Source: an uncultured Gammaproteobacteria bacterium
GTDB taxonomy: Bacteria; Patescibacteriota; Patescibacteriia; UBA9934
NCBI GenBank assembly: GCA_964552565.1
Contig: CAZKGL010000001.1
Location: 119,649 to 183,648, forward strand
Reading direction: 5' to 3'
DNA length: 64,000 nucleotides
The translations under genes were made by a program, and so were the position numbers. The notes beneath the pieces were generated by a model. It ran no database searches. It was not told the DNA's origin and saw nothing but the letters and a program-made list of their open reading frames with translations. Positions 37,155 to 45,507 of the stretch are shown here, piece after piece; position 1 is the first letter of the stretch, and each line of letters opens with the position of its first letter.

Positions 37155-37242
37155 GGGTCCTGCCGCCTTCGCACCCTGTTGGGTGCTCGACTCGTCGGAC
37201 TCGTCTGCGCGCCCAAGCAGGGGACCTGCTCGGCGTCACCCG
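37155..37242. repeat. 88-bp REP-like element, family B (copy 2)
   Basis: Identical to 35068..35155. Confidence 0.75.
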
Positions 37243-37261
37243 ACGCTTGCACCGTTCCAGT

Positions 37262-38665
37262 ATGGAATTCAGGAGGACAAAAATCGTGTGCACCATCGGA
37301 CCGGCGTCATCGAGCCCCGGGATGTTGGTGCGGATGTTGCGCGCCGGTATGGACATGGCGCGTTTGAATTTTTCTCATGGCACCCACGAGGACCACGCGC
37401 GGCTCATCCGCGCCGTCCGCGCCGCGTCCCGCAAGGCGGGGAAGGCGGTGGCGATCCTCCAGGACCTCCAGGGCCCCAAGATCCGCGTCGGTGATCTCCC
37501 GAAGGACGGCGTCGTCTTGCACAAGGGCGAACACATCACGCTGACGACCGAAGACCGCGCCTACGAAACGGACGGCCCTATCCCCGTGACGTACCACCGG
37601 CTCCACCGCGACGTCGCGAAGGGCCACCGCATCCTGTTTGACGATGGGACGATTGAGGTCGAGGTCGCCAAGGTGCGCGGCAAGCGCATCACGGCGCTCG
37701 TGAAGGTGCCGGGGACGCTGAAGTCCCACAAAGGCATGAACCTGCCGGACTCCGAGGTGAGCGCCGACCCTTTTACGACCAAGGACCGCGAGGACCTGCT
37801 CTTTGGCGTGGCGCAGGGCGTCGACTGGGTGGCGATGTCGTTCGTGTCATGTGCCGACGACATCATGACCGCCCGCGCCGTTGCGCGGAGCGCCGCCCGG
37901 GCCCATGGCGTGCGCACCCCACTCATCTTCGCAAAGATCGAACTGCGCAGCGCGCTTGACCGGTTCCCCGAGATCCTCGAGGCTGCGGACGGCATCCTGC
38001 TCGGGCGTGGCGACCTGGGCGTCGAAATTCCGCCCGAAGAGGTGCCTATCGTGCAAAAGGACGTTGTCGAGGCCTGCCGCCGGGCGGGGAAGCCGGTCAT
38101 CGTGGCCACGCAGATGCTCAACTCGATGGTGGACAACCCTCGTTCGACCCGCGCGGAGACCTCCGACGTCGCCAACGCCGTGTTCGACCACACCGACGCG
38201 GTGATGCTCTCTGCCGAATCCGCGACCGGGCGTTATCCCGTCGTCACCGTGCAGGCGATGGCGGCGGTCATCCGCGAGGCCGAGCAATCACGATACGACG
38301 ACATCGCCCACATCTGCGTGACCGTCCCTGGGCTCGAAGAGGCGATGGCGCAGACCGTGCACGTCCTTGCCGCGAGCGGGATTATTGGCGCCGTGGTTGC
38401 GGTGGCGTCGCACGGCGATCTCGCGCGCAAGCTGAACATGTACCGTCCGTCCGTCCCCATCTACCTCGTGACGCCCGACCCCGCGGTCGCCCGCCAGTCG
38501 GTCGCGTTTGCCGGGGTGACGCCGCTCGTCATGGACGACGCGGCCGGGAGCTTAGCGGCGCGTGTCCACACAAAAGTCCGCCGCGAGCGGCTGGTGCCGC
38601 GCGGCGCGGCGATTGCCCTCCTCACGGGTTCGGTCCCGCACACGCAGCTGAGTATTCTCCGCTAG
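37262..38665 (+). CDS. pyk: pyruvate kinase
   Basis: KIVCTIGPAS...MARLNFSHG...MVARGDLGVEIP motifs. Alternative start at the GTG at 37286, which has a perfect AGGAGG 8 nt upstream. Confidence 0.9.
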   Translation: MEFRRTKIVCTIGPASSSPGMLVRMLRAGMDMARLNFSHGTHEDHARLIRAVRAASRKAGKAVAILQDLQGPKIRVGDLPKDGVVLHKGEHITLTTEDRAYETDGPIPVTYHRLHRDVAKGHRILFDDGTIEVEVAKVRGKRITALVKVPGTLKSHKGMNLPDSEVSADPFTTKDREDLLFGVAQGVDWVAMSFVSCADDIMTARAVARSAARAHGVRTPLIFAKIELRSALDRFPEILEAADGILLGRGDLGVEIPPEEVPIVQKDVVEACRRAGKPVIVATQMLNSMVDNPRSTRAETSDVANAVFDHTDAVMLSAESATGRYPVVTVQAMAAVIREAEQSRYDDIAHICVTVPGLEEAMAQTVHVLAASGIIGAVVAVASHGDLARKLNMYRPSVPIYLVTPDPAVARQSVAFAGVTPLVMDDAAGSLAARVHTKVRRERLVPRGAAIALLTGSVPHTQLSILR

Positions 38666-38934
38666 CCGGAAAAACCTGCAGCCTGCGTGGGGAGCTGGTC
38701 GATGCGCTCCTCAATCCACCGCTCCGCGCTTGGCACGATGAGCTGGCCGAGGAGGTAAATGACGATGCCGAAGACGATGGTGCCGCCGATCGCCATGCCA
38801 AAGCCGCGGACGATGCCGTCGAGGAACGCGCGGGGGAGGCGTTTGCCAGCCCGGAGCGATTCAAGGTAGTCTCGGTGGGCACGGGCGATCGTTTCTGCAA
38901 GCGCCTGTTCCGATACGCGTTTTTCGTCTGTCAT
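38662..38934 (-). CDS. hypothetical small membrane protein
   Basis: One or two TMs (GMAIGGTIVFGIVIYLLGQLIV). The start is trimmed to the internal ATG to avoid a divergent overlap with the next gene. Overlaps the pyk stop by 4 nt. Confidence 0.35.
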   Translation of the reverse strand: MTDEKRVSEQALAETIARAHRDYLESLRAGKRLPRAFLDGIVRGFGMAIGGTIVFGIVIYLLGQLIVPSAERWIEERIDQLPTQAAGFSG

Positions 38935-38951
38935 ATCCGGCACAGTACCAT

Positions 38952-39464
38952 ATGCGGCTGATGCTTTTGAATGGGCCATGGGGCGTGGGCAAGAGTACCG
39001 CGGCGCGGCTGTTGCACGCCGCGATCCCCGGCTCGTACCATCTCGAGCTCGACGCGCTCCGTCGCAGTATCAGCGGCTACGAACGCGACCGCCAAAAGAG
39101 CTTCTTTTTTTCGTTGACGCTCGCAAAGGCGATTATGGCGGAATGCTTTGCGGACGGGCGTGATGTCATCGTCGACAAGATGTTTTTTGCGCCCGAGGTG
39201 ATTGACGGCATCCGGGCGTTCGCAGGGGAGCGCGGTGCCGGGGTATTCGAGATCATCCTTTGGACCGACAACCGGACGCTCCTCTCGCGCGGCGCGACGC
39301 GCGGCTATTCGAGCGGCGTGTTCTCCATCGAAAAGGCACAGCGCTCGTGGGACCTCATTGAGCGCCTCATCCCTCAGCGCCCGCAAGCAACTGTCATTGA
39401 TACCACCTCTCTTTCTCCTCATGACACCCTGCGTAAGATTCATGCGGTTATTGCTGCCGGGTGA
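38952..39464 (+). CDS. P-loop NTPase (AAA_33/zeta-toxin-like small kinase)
   Basis: Walker A LLNGPWGVGKST at the N-terminus. 170 aa. Confidence 0.6.
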   Translation: MRLMLLNGPWGVGKSTAARLLHAAIPGSYHLELDALRRSISGYERDRQKSFFFSLTLAKAIMAECFADGRDVIVDKMFFAPEVIDGIRAFAGERGAGVFEIILWTDNRTLLSRGATRGYSSGVFSIEKAQRSWDLIERLIPQRPQATVIDTTSLSPHDTLRKIHAVIAAG

Positions 39465-39470
39465 CGGCAT

Positions 39471-39559
39471 AGAGGGACGAGTGGTGCGTCGTTGGGCGGA
39501 GACGTCTGCGCCCAGCCGCAGTCGCGCAGTTGCGGAGCACAACGACGTACCCGAGTCCC
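39471..39559. repeat. palindromic REP/MITE-like element, family A (copy 2, 89 bp, inverted)
   Basis: Reverse-complement match to 17844..17953. Confidence 0.7.
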
Positions 39560-39586
39560 GATCGGACCGAAAGCGCCGTCTGCAAA

Positions 39587-39617
39587 CAAAAGACACCCGG
39601 ACGAAGGGTGTCTTTTG
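39587..39617. terminator. bidirectional intrinsic terminator
   Basis: AAAAGACACCCggacgaaGGGTGTCTTTTG. Confidence 0.75.
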
Positions 39618-39621
39618 TTTC

Positions 39622-39837
39622 CTACTTTTTACACGCCTTGCAGGAGCCGCAGAAGAGCATTGCAACCGCGGAGAGGCCGACGAGCACGTAGACGATCCGC
39701 TCGACGATATCCCACTGTCCCAGGATGGTTTCGACAAGGTTGAAGTCGAACAGGCCGACGAGGCCCCAGTTCAACGCACCGATGATGACGAGGACCCACG
39801 CGAACTTGTGCACACCACACATGCCATGTGACATCAT
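39622..39837 (-). CDS. DUF378 family membrane protein
   Basis: MMSHGMCGVHKFAWVLVIIGALNWGLVGLFDFNLVE... matches the DUF378 core. The long N-terminal extension in the track ORF is rejected. Confidence 0.7.
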   Translation of the reverse strand: MMSHGMCGVHKFAWVLVIIGALNWGLVGLFDFNLVETILGQWDIVERIVYVLVGLSAVAMLFCGSCKACKK

Positions 39838-40013
39838 AGTGAAAGAAAAATGGTAAAGAGTGTCGAATTCGGGTTGACGCTCGTCCTGCGCCACGCCCGC
39901 GGTGCGTTTATCATAGCACGAGAAATGGCTAATCTCAGATATTGCGGACGATCGTGTGGATAATCGATCCGTGGCCGAAAATAATTGACAGCCTCGACAA
40001 CGCCGGATAGGTG

Positions 40014-40055
40014 GATGTCCTGAAAAACTCACGATCGTGAGTTTTTCAGGACATC
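40014..40055. terminator. 42-bp perfect palindrome (terminator of the gene at 40054..40245)
   Basis: GATGTCCTGAAAAACTCACGA|TCGTGAGTTTTTCAGGACATC. Confidence 0.7.
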
Positions 40056-40245
40056 AACGGTATTTGTTTTCCGGCGGGGGAGGGACGTTGCCGCCTTCGC
40101 GCCGGGCTTCCGAGAGCCCGATGGCGATCGCCTGGCGAGGGTTCGTGACCTTCTTGCCGCTTTTGCCGCTGTGCAGCTCGCCACGTTTCATCTCATGCAT
40201 TTTCTCTTCAACCTTTTCTTGGGCCTTCTTTCCGTATTTTGCCAT
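40054..40245 (-). CDS. hypothetical small basic protein (63 aa)
   Basis: Lys-rich (MAKYGKKAQEKVEEKMHEMKRGELHSGKSGKK...). Followed by a perfect palindromic terminator. Confidence 0.4.
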   Translation of the reverse strand: MAKYGKKAQEKVEEKMHEMKRGELHSGKSGKKVTNPRQAIAIGLSEARREGGNVPPPPENKYR

Positions 40246-40331
40246 AGGCCTTCATCATCGCTATCTGGCCGGTATCGTCAACCTCAACGTCACAGTAATG
40301 ATACGGTCGACACATTAGTGTGACGGATATG

Positions 40332-40361
40332 AAAAACCCGCAGCCGAAGCTGCGAGTTTTT
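40332..40361. terminator. intrinsic terminator downstream of tRNA-Asp
   Basis: AAAAACCCGCAGCcgaaGCTGCGAGTTTTT. Confidence 0.6.
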
Positions 40362-40363
40362 CA

Positions 40364-40440
40364 TGGCGGGCCGGACGGGACTCGAACCCGCAACTTCTGC
40401 CGTGACAGGGCAGTGCTCTAACCAATTGAACTACCGGCCC
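40364..40440 (-). tRNA. tRNA-Asp (anticodon GTC)
   Basis: Acceptor stem GGGCCGG/CCGGCCC, anticodon loop CTGTCAC, T-loop TTCGAGT, discriminator G, encoded CCA. Confidence 0.9.
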
Positions 40441-40491
40441 AGGTAGATTCAACGCGGCCACAGTGTAACAACAGGCTGGAAAATATGCAAG

Positions 40492-41514
40492 ATGCCCGCA
40501 TGGGTTGCACTCGGCCTTTTGGGGTGGGAAAATGGGGGCGCTATGGGAATGCCGAAATGGGGAGGCTACGTAGGGGCGTTTGTGCTTGGTGCGGCCGCCG
40601 GGGTCGTGGCCATGGCCGGGCCGGGGCAGGCGGACGACCGTCTGTTCGGGACGCCGCTGCGCGACCAGGACACGGGCTACGCCTATGTCGCCCCGCTCCT
40701 CGCGTGCAACGTCGGGGCAGAGGAGGAGTCGGTTTCGTTGTCGGGGCTGAAGTCGTCGTTTTCCTCCCTCATCGACGCCGCGGTCGCCTCTGGCGCCATC
40801 GAGCACACATCGGTGTACTTCCGCGTGCTCGATACCGGCGAATGGACCGCGGTGGACGGTGACGCGCCGCATTCCCCCGCAAGCCTCATGAAGGTGCCGA
40901 TCCTCATGGCGTACCTCGAAGCGGCGCAGCGTACGCCGGCTATTCTGCGGGAACGGGTTGCGTATGTTCCTGCAACGGACGAGGCGCAAGTTATTTTTCC
41001 TACGCAGACGCTGGCGGCGGGGGAGATGTATACCGTTGAGGATCTCCTGAAAGCGATGGTGATGTATTCGGATAACGGAGCCCGTGATGTACTTATGGAA
41101 TACATCGATTACGGGATCCTCTCTGAAACGTTGGAGGACCTGGGCATCCCGTTGCCCAAGCAGGGGACGGAATACACCGTGTCGCCCCGCCTGTATTCGC
41201 GTCTGTTCCGTATTTTGTACAATGGCACGTATTTGACCCCCGAAATGTCCGAGCTCGGCCTGTCGTGGCTCGCCCAGTCGGAATATGCGGACGGGATTCG
41301 GGCGGGCGTACCGGATGACGTCGAGGTTGCAAATAAATTTGGGAACGCGACCGTGACCGGCGCGGACGGCACGGATACGTACGAGCTGCACGATTGCGGC
41401 ATCGTGTACGCGGAGTTGCCGTATACGCTGTGCGTCATGACGCGTGGCGACGATCTTGCTGCGCTTGCGGATGTCATCGCGGAACTGAGTCGCGTGGCGT
41501 TTGCTTCGCCATAA
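40492..41514 (+). CDS. class A beta-lactamase-related serine hydrolase
   Basis: SxxK (SLMKVP), SDN (YSDNGA) and KxG (KFGN) boxes. Signal/TM segment near the N-terminus. The start may be at 40543 or 40549. Confidence 0.7.
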   Translation: MPAWVALGLLGWENGGAMGMPKWGGYVGAFVLGAAAGVVAMAGPGQADDRLFGTPLRDQDTGYAYVAPLLACNVGAEEESVSLSGLKSSFSSLIDAAVASGAIEHTSVYFRVLDTGEWTAVDGDAPHSPASLMKVPILMAYLEAAQRTPAILRERVAYVPATDEAQVIFPTQTLAAGEMYTVEDLLKAMVMYSDNGARDVLMEYIDYGILSETLEDLGIPLPKQGTEYTVSPRLYSRLFRILYNGTYLTPEMSELGLSWLAQSEYADGIRAGVPDDVEVANKFGNATVTGADGTDTYELHDCGIVYAELPYTLCVMTRGDDLAALADVIAELSRVAFASP

Positions 41515-41522
41515 AACGAGGA

Positions 41523-41563
41523 AGACCCACCGCGGTGCCGAGTTGAACGGCGGTGCGGTGGGT
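41523..41563. terminator. GC-rich hairpin terminator between convergent genes
   Basis: GACCCACCGC...GCGGTGGGTC 10-bp stem. Confidence 0.55.
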
Positions 41564-41601
41564 CCCCGGTGGGGCGTAAACCCCGAGGTGTCGGCAGGAG
41601 G

Positions 41602-42219
41602 CTAGGCCTCCGTGCCGGCGGGCTTGTTGGTGATGGTCGGCGGGTCGGTCGAGTCGTCGCGGCGGACCGGCGGGTCGGCCGGCGGCGCGGGGGCGGCGGG
41701 CGCGGGCTCCTCGGCCTTGGGCTCGACGACCTTCACGGTCGTCTCGGCCTTGGCCTTCGGGGGCGCCTTGCGGCAGTCGCTGTCGCGGACGTTGTTGCAC
41801 ATGGCGTACACGTCCTTGCCGCAGTCGATGTCCTTGCCGTCGCGCTCGACGTCCTCGAGCTCGGTCCAGGCCGTCTTCAGCCCGATCTGCGGGAGGCAGG
41901 CGAGCAGGTCGACGACCGTGCCGTGCGCGTCGAGCACCTTGTAGGGCTCGGCCGTGTCCTGGACGCCCGAGATGTAGAACTCCTCGGTGCCCTGGACGCT
42001 GCGGACGCCGCCGATGGTGCGGGCGACGACCTTGCGGTGGCCGGGGGCCGAGAAGGTGGTGTCGACCACCGTCTCCTCCGCGCCGGTCGCCCAGTTGTAG
42101 AGCGCGGTGCCGCCGCCGCCGCACACCAGCAGCCCGACGACCGCGGCGCCGATGAGGCCGGCGCAGCCGATCTGCTTCCACGACCAGCCCTTGCTGGCCC
42201 GGTTTTCCGTTTCGTCCAT
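41602..42219 (-). CDS. hypothetical membrane-anchored protein
   Basis: N-terminal TM (IGCAGLIGAAVVGLLVCGG), Pro/Ala-rich C-terminal tail. GGAGGG SD upstream of the ATG at 42219. Confidence 0.5.
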   Translation of the reverse strand: MDETENRASKGWSWKQIGCAGLIGAAVVGLLVCGGGGTALYNWATGAEETVVDTTFSAPGHRKVVARTIGGVRSVQGTEEFYISGVQDTAEPYKVLDAHGTVVDLLACLPQIGLKTAWTELEDVERDGKDIDCGKDVYAMCNNVRDSDCRKAPPKAKAETTVKVVEPKAEEPAPAAPAPPADPPVRRDDSTDPPTITNKPAGTEA

Positions 42220-42335
42220 TGTCGGAACCCTCCAAGTCGAGCGAGTCGGGGTAGCACCCCCAATCTGCTGACCCGCGATAGTAACAGAAAACGCAACAAA
42301 AGTCAATAAAATGTGGCTAATACAAAGAAAAAACA

Positions 42336-42364
42336 GGCCGGAAGGCCTGCTTTTTCGTGAAAAT
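42336..42364. terminator. intrinsic terminator after rplT
   Basis: AAAAAACAGGCCggaaGGCCTGCTTTTTCG. Confidence 0.8.
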
Positions 42365-42367
42365 TGG

Positions 42368-42712
42368 TTACTTGGTGGCCGAAACGACCTTGGCGAAGAT
42401 GCCGGGGTGCTTTTCCGCAAGCTGCGAGAGCACTTTGCGGTCAAGCGCGATATTGGCCTTCTTGAGGAGGTCGATGAAGCGCGAATAGGACAGCCCGTGC
42501 TCGCGGACCGCGGCGTTCAGCTTGATGGTCCAGAGGTTGCGGAAACTGCGCTTCTTGGCGCGGCGGTCGCGGAAGGCGTACGCGCCGGCCTTCAGCATTG
42601 CCGGGCGGGCCAGGCGGATCTTGTTCTTGCGGCCCCAGCGGTAGCCCTTCACCCGCTTCATCAGGTTCGCGCGGCGCTTGCTGTGTTGTACTCCACGTTT
42701 TACTCGAGGCAT
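42368..42712 (-). CDS. rplT: 50S ribosomal protein L20
   Basis: MPRVKRGVQHSKRRANLMKRVKGYRWGRKN... Confidence 0.95.
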   Translation of the reverse strand: MPRVKRGVQHSKRRANLMKRVKGYRWGRKNKIRLARPAMLKAGAYAFRDRRAKKRSFRNLWTIKLNAAVREHGLSYSRFIDLLKKANIALDRKVLSQLAEKHPGIFAKVVSATK

Positions 42713-42718
42713 ATGCGG

Positions 42719-42937
42719 TTACTTGACCTTGTTGTGGTAGGGGAGGAGCCCCGACACGCCCTTGCGGACGGTGCGCGACAGCGTGACGTCGGTGCGCTTG
42801 TTGCGCGTCACCTTGCCCGGTTCGCGGGAGTTAAAGTGGTCCTGACCGGCCTTGCGCTTGATCATTTTGCCGGTTTTCGTGATGCGGATGCGCTTGGCAA
42901 GCGCCTTATGGGTCTTCAGGGACATAGGCTCGGTCAA
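42719..42937 (-). CDS. rpmI: 50S ribosomal protein L35
   Basis: KTHKALAKRIRITKTGKMIKRKAGQDHFN... The start may be the internal ATG (MSLKTHK). Confidence 0.85.
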   Translation of the reverse strand: MTEPMSLKTHKALAKRIRITKTGKMIKRKAGQDHFNSREPGKVTRNKRTDVTLSRTVRKGVSGLLPYHNKVK

Positions 42938-42976
42938 TTGACAATGGCAGGAGTCTACGGGAAATCCGGAAAAAGG

Positions 42977-43531
42977 TCAAGAATTGCGGGCAAGGATCAT
43001 GTGGATCTTGCCGTCCTGGTTCTTGAGGGGGGATTCGACCTTCACGTCGTAGGACTGGCGCAGCTGCTCCACGAAGGCGTCAAACACCTCTTTTGCCTTG
43101 TCGAAATGAGCGCGTTCGCGGCCGCGGAGGATCATCTCCGCCTTGATCTTGTCGCCCTTTTCGAAGAACTTTTTGCCCTGTTCGACGCGGATGGCGAGGT
43201 CGCCCTGGCCGATGCGCATAGTGAGGCGGATGCCCTTCGTCTCCACTTCCTTGGACTGGGCGCGCTGTTTGCGGACCTCCTTTTCCTTCTGGTACTTGAA
43301 GTGGCCGGCGTCGGCGAACTTGCACACCGGCGGCTCGGCCTTCGGGGACACCTCAATAAGGTCGAGGCCGCGTTCTGCGGCGAGCGCGACGGCCTTCGCA
43401 ACCGGAAGGACCCCGAGCGCGACGCCGTTCTCGTCGATGACGCGCACCTCCGGCACGTCGATCTTCTCGTTGACGCGGTATTCCGGGATGGTGAACTTCG
43501 GTTTTCGTTGACGGTGGCGATGGATGCGCAT
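42977..43531 (-). CDS. infC: translation initiation factor IF-3
   Basis: IF3 N- and C-domains (VRVIDENGVALGV...LIEVSPKAEPPVCKF...). A non-ATG start upstream cannot be excluded. Confidence 0.9.
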   Translation of the reverse strand: MRIHRHRQRKPKFTIPEYRVNEKIDVPEVRVIDENGVALGVLPVAKAVALAAERGLDLIEVSPKAEPPVCKFADAGHFKYQKEKEVRKQRAQSKEVETKGIRLTMRIGQGDLAIRVEQGKKFFEKGDKIKAEMILRGRERAHFDKAKEVFDAFVEQLRQSYDVKVESPLKNQDGKIHMILARNS

Positions 43532-43575
43532 GGCCGTGAATTACGGATGATGAATATTTCCTCGTTGGTGGACCT

Positions 43576-43959
43576 GAAGGGAGTTGAACCCTTGTCTGGT
43601 CGGAGATGCCCTGTCGATGGTTTCCAAGCTCAGTAGCGCTTGGTGTGCGCGCTATCCCTTAAAGCGTTACGAAAAAGGATAGACCGCGTTCCCGTCCAAC
43701 AGGTCGCATCATGAGACGGGAATCATGATGCCGAGCATGCGGTTATAACACCCGTTGTCCACCTGCATACTCGATGGGACGGATGGGCGCACGGCGCTTA
43801 GGCGGTGGCCAGAGCGAGCGACGGCATGCGGAACGCAGCCTTCACGCGCTGAGAGAAGCTGTTGGCATTTCTCGGTTGCATCGTGTGATGACGAAGGACG
43901 ATGCACCTCCGGCTTGATCGGGCAGGGAACCGATTCCGCCATCGAAGCCTGGCAGGCCC
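43576..43959 (-). ncRNA. ssrA: tmRNA (ssrA)
   Basis: 5' GGGCCUG pairs with 3' CAGGUCC-A-CCA, including the G3·U wobble. T-arm GGGUUCAACUCCC and PK1 GGUGCAUCG are present. It sits 12 nt downstream of smpB. Candidate tag ORF GCC AAC ... TAA encodes ANSFSQRVKAAFRMPSLALATA. Confidence 0.8.
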
Positions 43960-43971
43960 CTCGACGGAGAA

Positions 43972-44415
43972 CTATTCCTTAAGCCGTTGTCGGATCTCGC
44001 GCTCGATGTCGCGCTTCTTGATGACCTCACGTTTTTCGTGCTGCCGTTTTCCTCGCGCAAGCGCAAACCCAAGCTTGACAAGATCGCCTGTAGTGTAGAC
44101 AGAAACCGGCACAATCGTCAACCGTTCGGCCTCATGTTTTCCGCGAATGGCATTGATTTCTTTCTTATGGACGAGGACGGTGCGGTCGCGGGTCGGGTGG
44201 TACTTCTCCGGAGATCCTGACGGCGCATAATGACCGATGTGCATGCCGCGGATGACGAGCTCGCCGCCGACGATGTCGAGGTACGACCCCTTGAGGTTGA
44301 CGTGACCCGCTTTTGCCGCCTTCACTTCGGCCCCCGTCAACGCCAAACCGCCCTCGAACCGATCGAGGAGTTCATAGTCATGGAGCGCACGCGCGTTTTT
44401 TGCGAGCTCGGGCAT
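43972..44415 (-). CDS. smpB: SsrA-binding protein SmpB
   Basis: MPELAKNARALHDYELLDRFEGGLALTGAEVKA... Only the 3' 444 nt of the long track ORF is real. Confidence 0.9.
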   Translation of the reverse strand: MPELAKNARALHDYELLDRFEGGLALTGAEVKAAKAGHVNLKGSYLDIVGGELVIRGMHIGHYAPSGSPEKYHPTRDRTVLVHKKEINAIRGKHEAERLTIVPVSVYTTGDLVKLGFALARGKRQHEKREVIKKRDIEREIRQRLKE

Positions 44416-44436
44416 GCATGGTACACTAGCAGCAAT

Positions 44437-45504
44437 ATGGCAGCGCGAAAAGAGGAGGAGCGGCACGGTTCGGTCATCACGATTTCGACCGGGACGATCT
44501 TCCGTTCCTTGCTCATCCTGCTTGCGGCGTATCTCCTGTATGTCATCCGCGACGTCGTCGCGCTGTTTCTTGTTGCGGTGTTCATCGCGGTCATCATCGA
44601 CCCGTTTGCCGGACGCCTCCAGCGCATGGGCCTGCCGCGCGGGCTTTCTGTGGCCATCATCTACCTCATGTTGCTCGCCGTCCTCGCCGGCCTCCTGACG
44701 CTTGTCGTGCCGCCGATGGTGTCGGAGTTCAGCCAGCTTGCAACGACGTTTGCGCCGCTCCTCGAAGACACGCGGTTCGCCGGCATCAAGTCGCTCATCG
44801 AAACCGGCGCGTCCCCCGAGGGGCTCGGCGCGATTGCCGCGAGCATCCAGGAATCCGGCCTGCTCGGCGCGCTGCCGCAGCTCGGCGGCGTCGCGCTCGG
44901 CGCGCTCGGCGGCGTCCTCGGGTTTTTCCTCATCCTCATCCTCGCGTTTTACCTTGTCACGGAAGAGAACGTCATCCGCCGCGGCATCGCGCTCCTCGCG
45001 CCAGACGAATACCAGCCGTTCGTCTCGCAGCTCTCCGTGAAGATGCGCGAGAAGGTCGGGCATTGGCTCCGCGGCCAGCTCCTTATTATGCTCATCGTCG
45101 GCCTGCTCGACTACGGGGCACTCGTCATGCTCGGCATCCCGTACGCCATCGTGCTCGCGATTGTTGCCGCGCTGTGCGAGGTCGTCCCGTTCATCGGCCC
45201 GAACGTCGCGGTCATCCCGGCCGCGGTCATCGCGTTTTCCGTCTCGCCCGTGCACGCCGTGCTCGTCCTTGCGGCCTACTTTGTCGTCCAGCAGATTGAG
45301 AGTAACATCCTGACGCCGAAGATCATGCAGCGGACGACCGGTCTCAACCCCATCATTACGATCCTCGCCATCCTTATCGGGTTCGAGATCGGCAATACGC
45401 AGGGCGTCCAGGGCGGCGTCATCGGCGCGTTACTCGCCATCCCGCTTGCCATGACCGCATCGGTCTTCTTTAACGAAGTATTCCGCGAACGCGCGGAACG
45501 GTAG
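44437..45504 (+). CDS. AI-2E family transporter (PerM/UPF0118)
   Basis: About 8 TMs, 355 aa. The start is taken at the ATG at 44437 because the upstream part of the track ORF overlaps smpB on the opposite strand. Confidence 0.8.
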   Translation: MAARKEEERHGSVITISTGTIFRSLLILLAAYLLYVIRDVVALFLVAVFIAVIIDPFAGRLQRMGLPRGLSVAIIYLMLLAVLAGLLTLVVPPMVSEFSQLATTFAPLLEDTRFAGIKSLIETGASPEGLGAIAASIQESGLLGALPQLGGVALGALGGVLGFFLILILAFYLVTEENVIRRGIALLAPDEYQPFVSQLSVKMREKVGHWLRGQLLIMLIVGLLDYGALVMLGIPYAIVLAIVAALCEVVPFIGPNVAVIPAAVIAFSVSPVHAVLVLAAYFVVQQIESNILTPKIMQRTTGLNPIITILAILIGFEIGNTQGVQGGVIGALLAIPLAMTASVFFNEVFRERAER

Positions 45505-45507
45505 TGT

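Noticed and set aside
38935-38979. Longer start (38979) for the minus-strand small membrane protein
   Set aside because: Would create a 28-nt divergent overlap with the P-loop kinase start at 38952. The internal ATG at 38934 is preferred, though the gene itself is low-confidence.
43709-43942. 77-aa ORF on the minus strand
   Set aside because: Lies entirely inside the tmRNA gene. It reads through the tag region in a different frame.
44416-45255. 5' two-thirds of the 427-aa ORF 43972..45255
   Set aside because: Only the last 444 nt (smpB) has homology. The upstream part is antisense to the AI-2E transporter gene.
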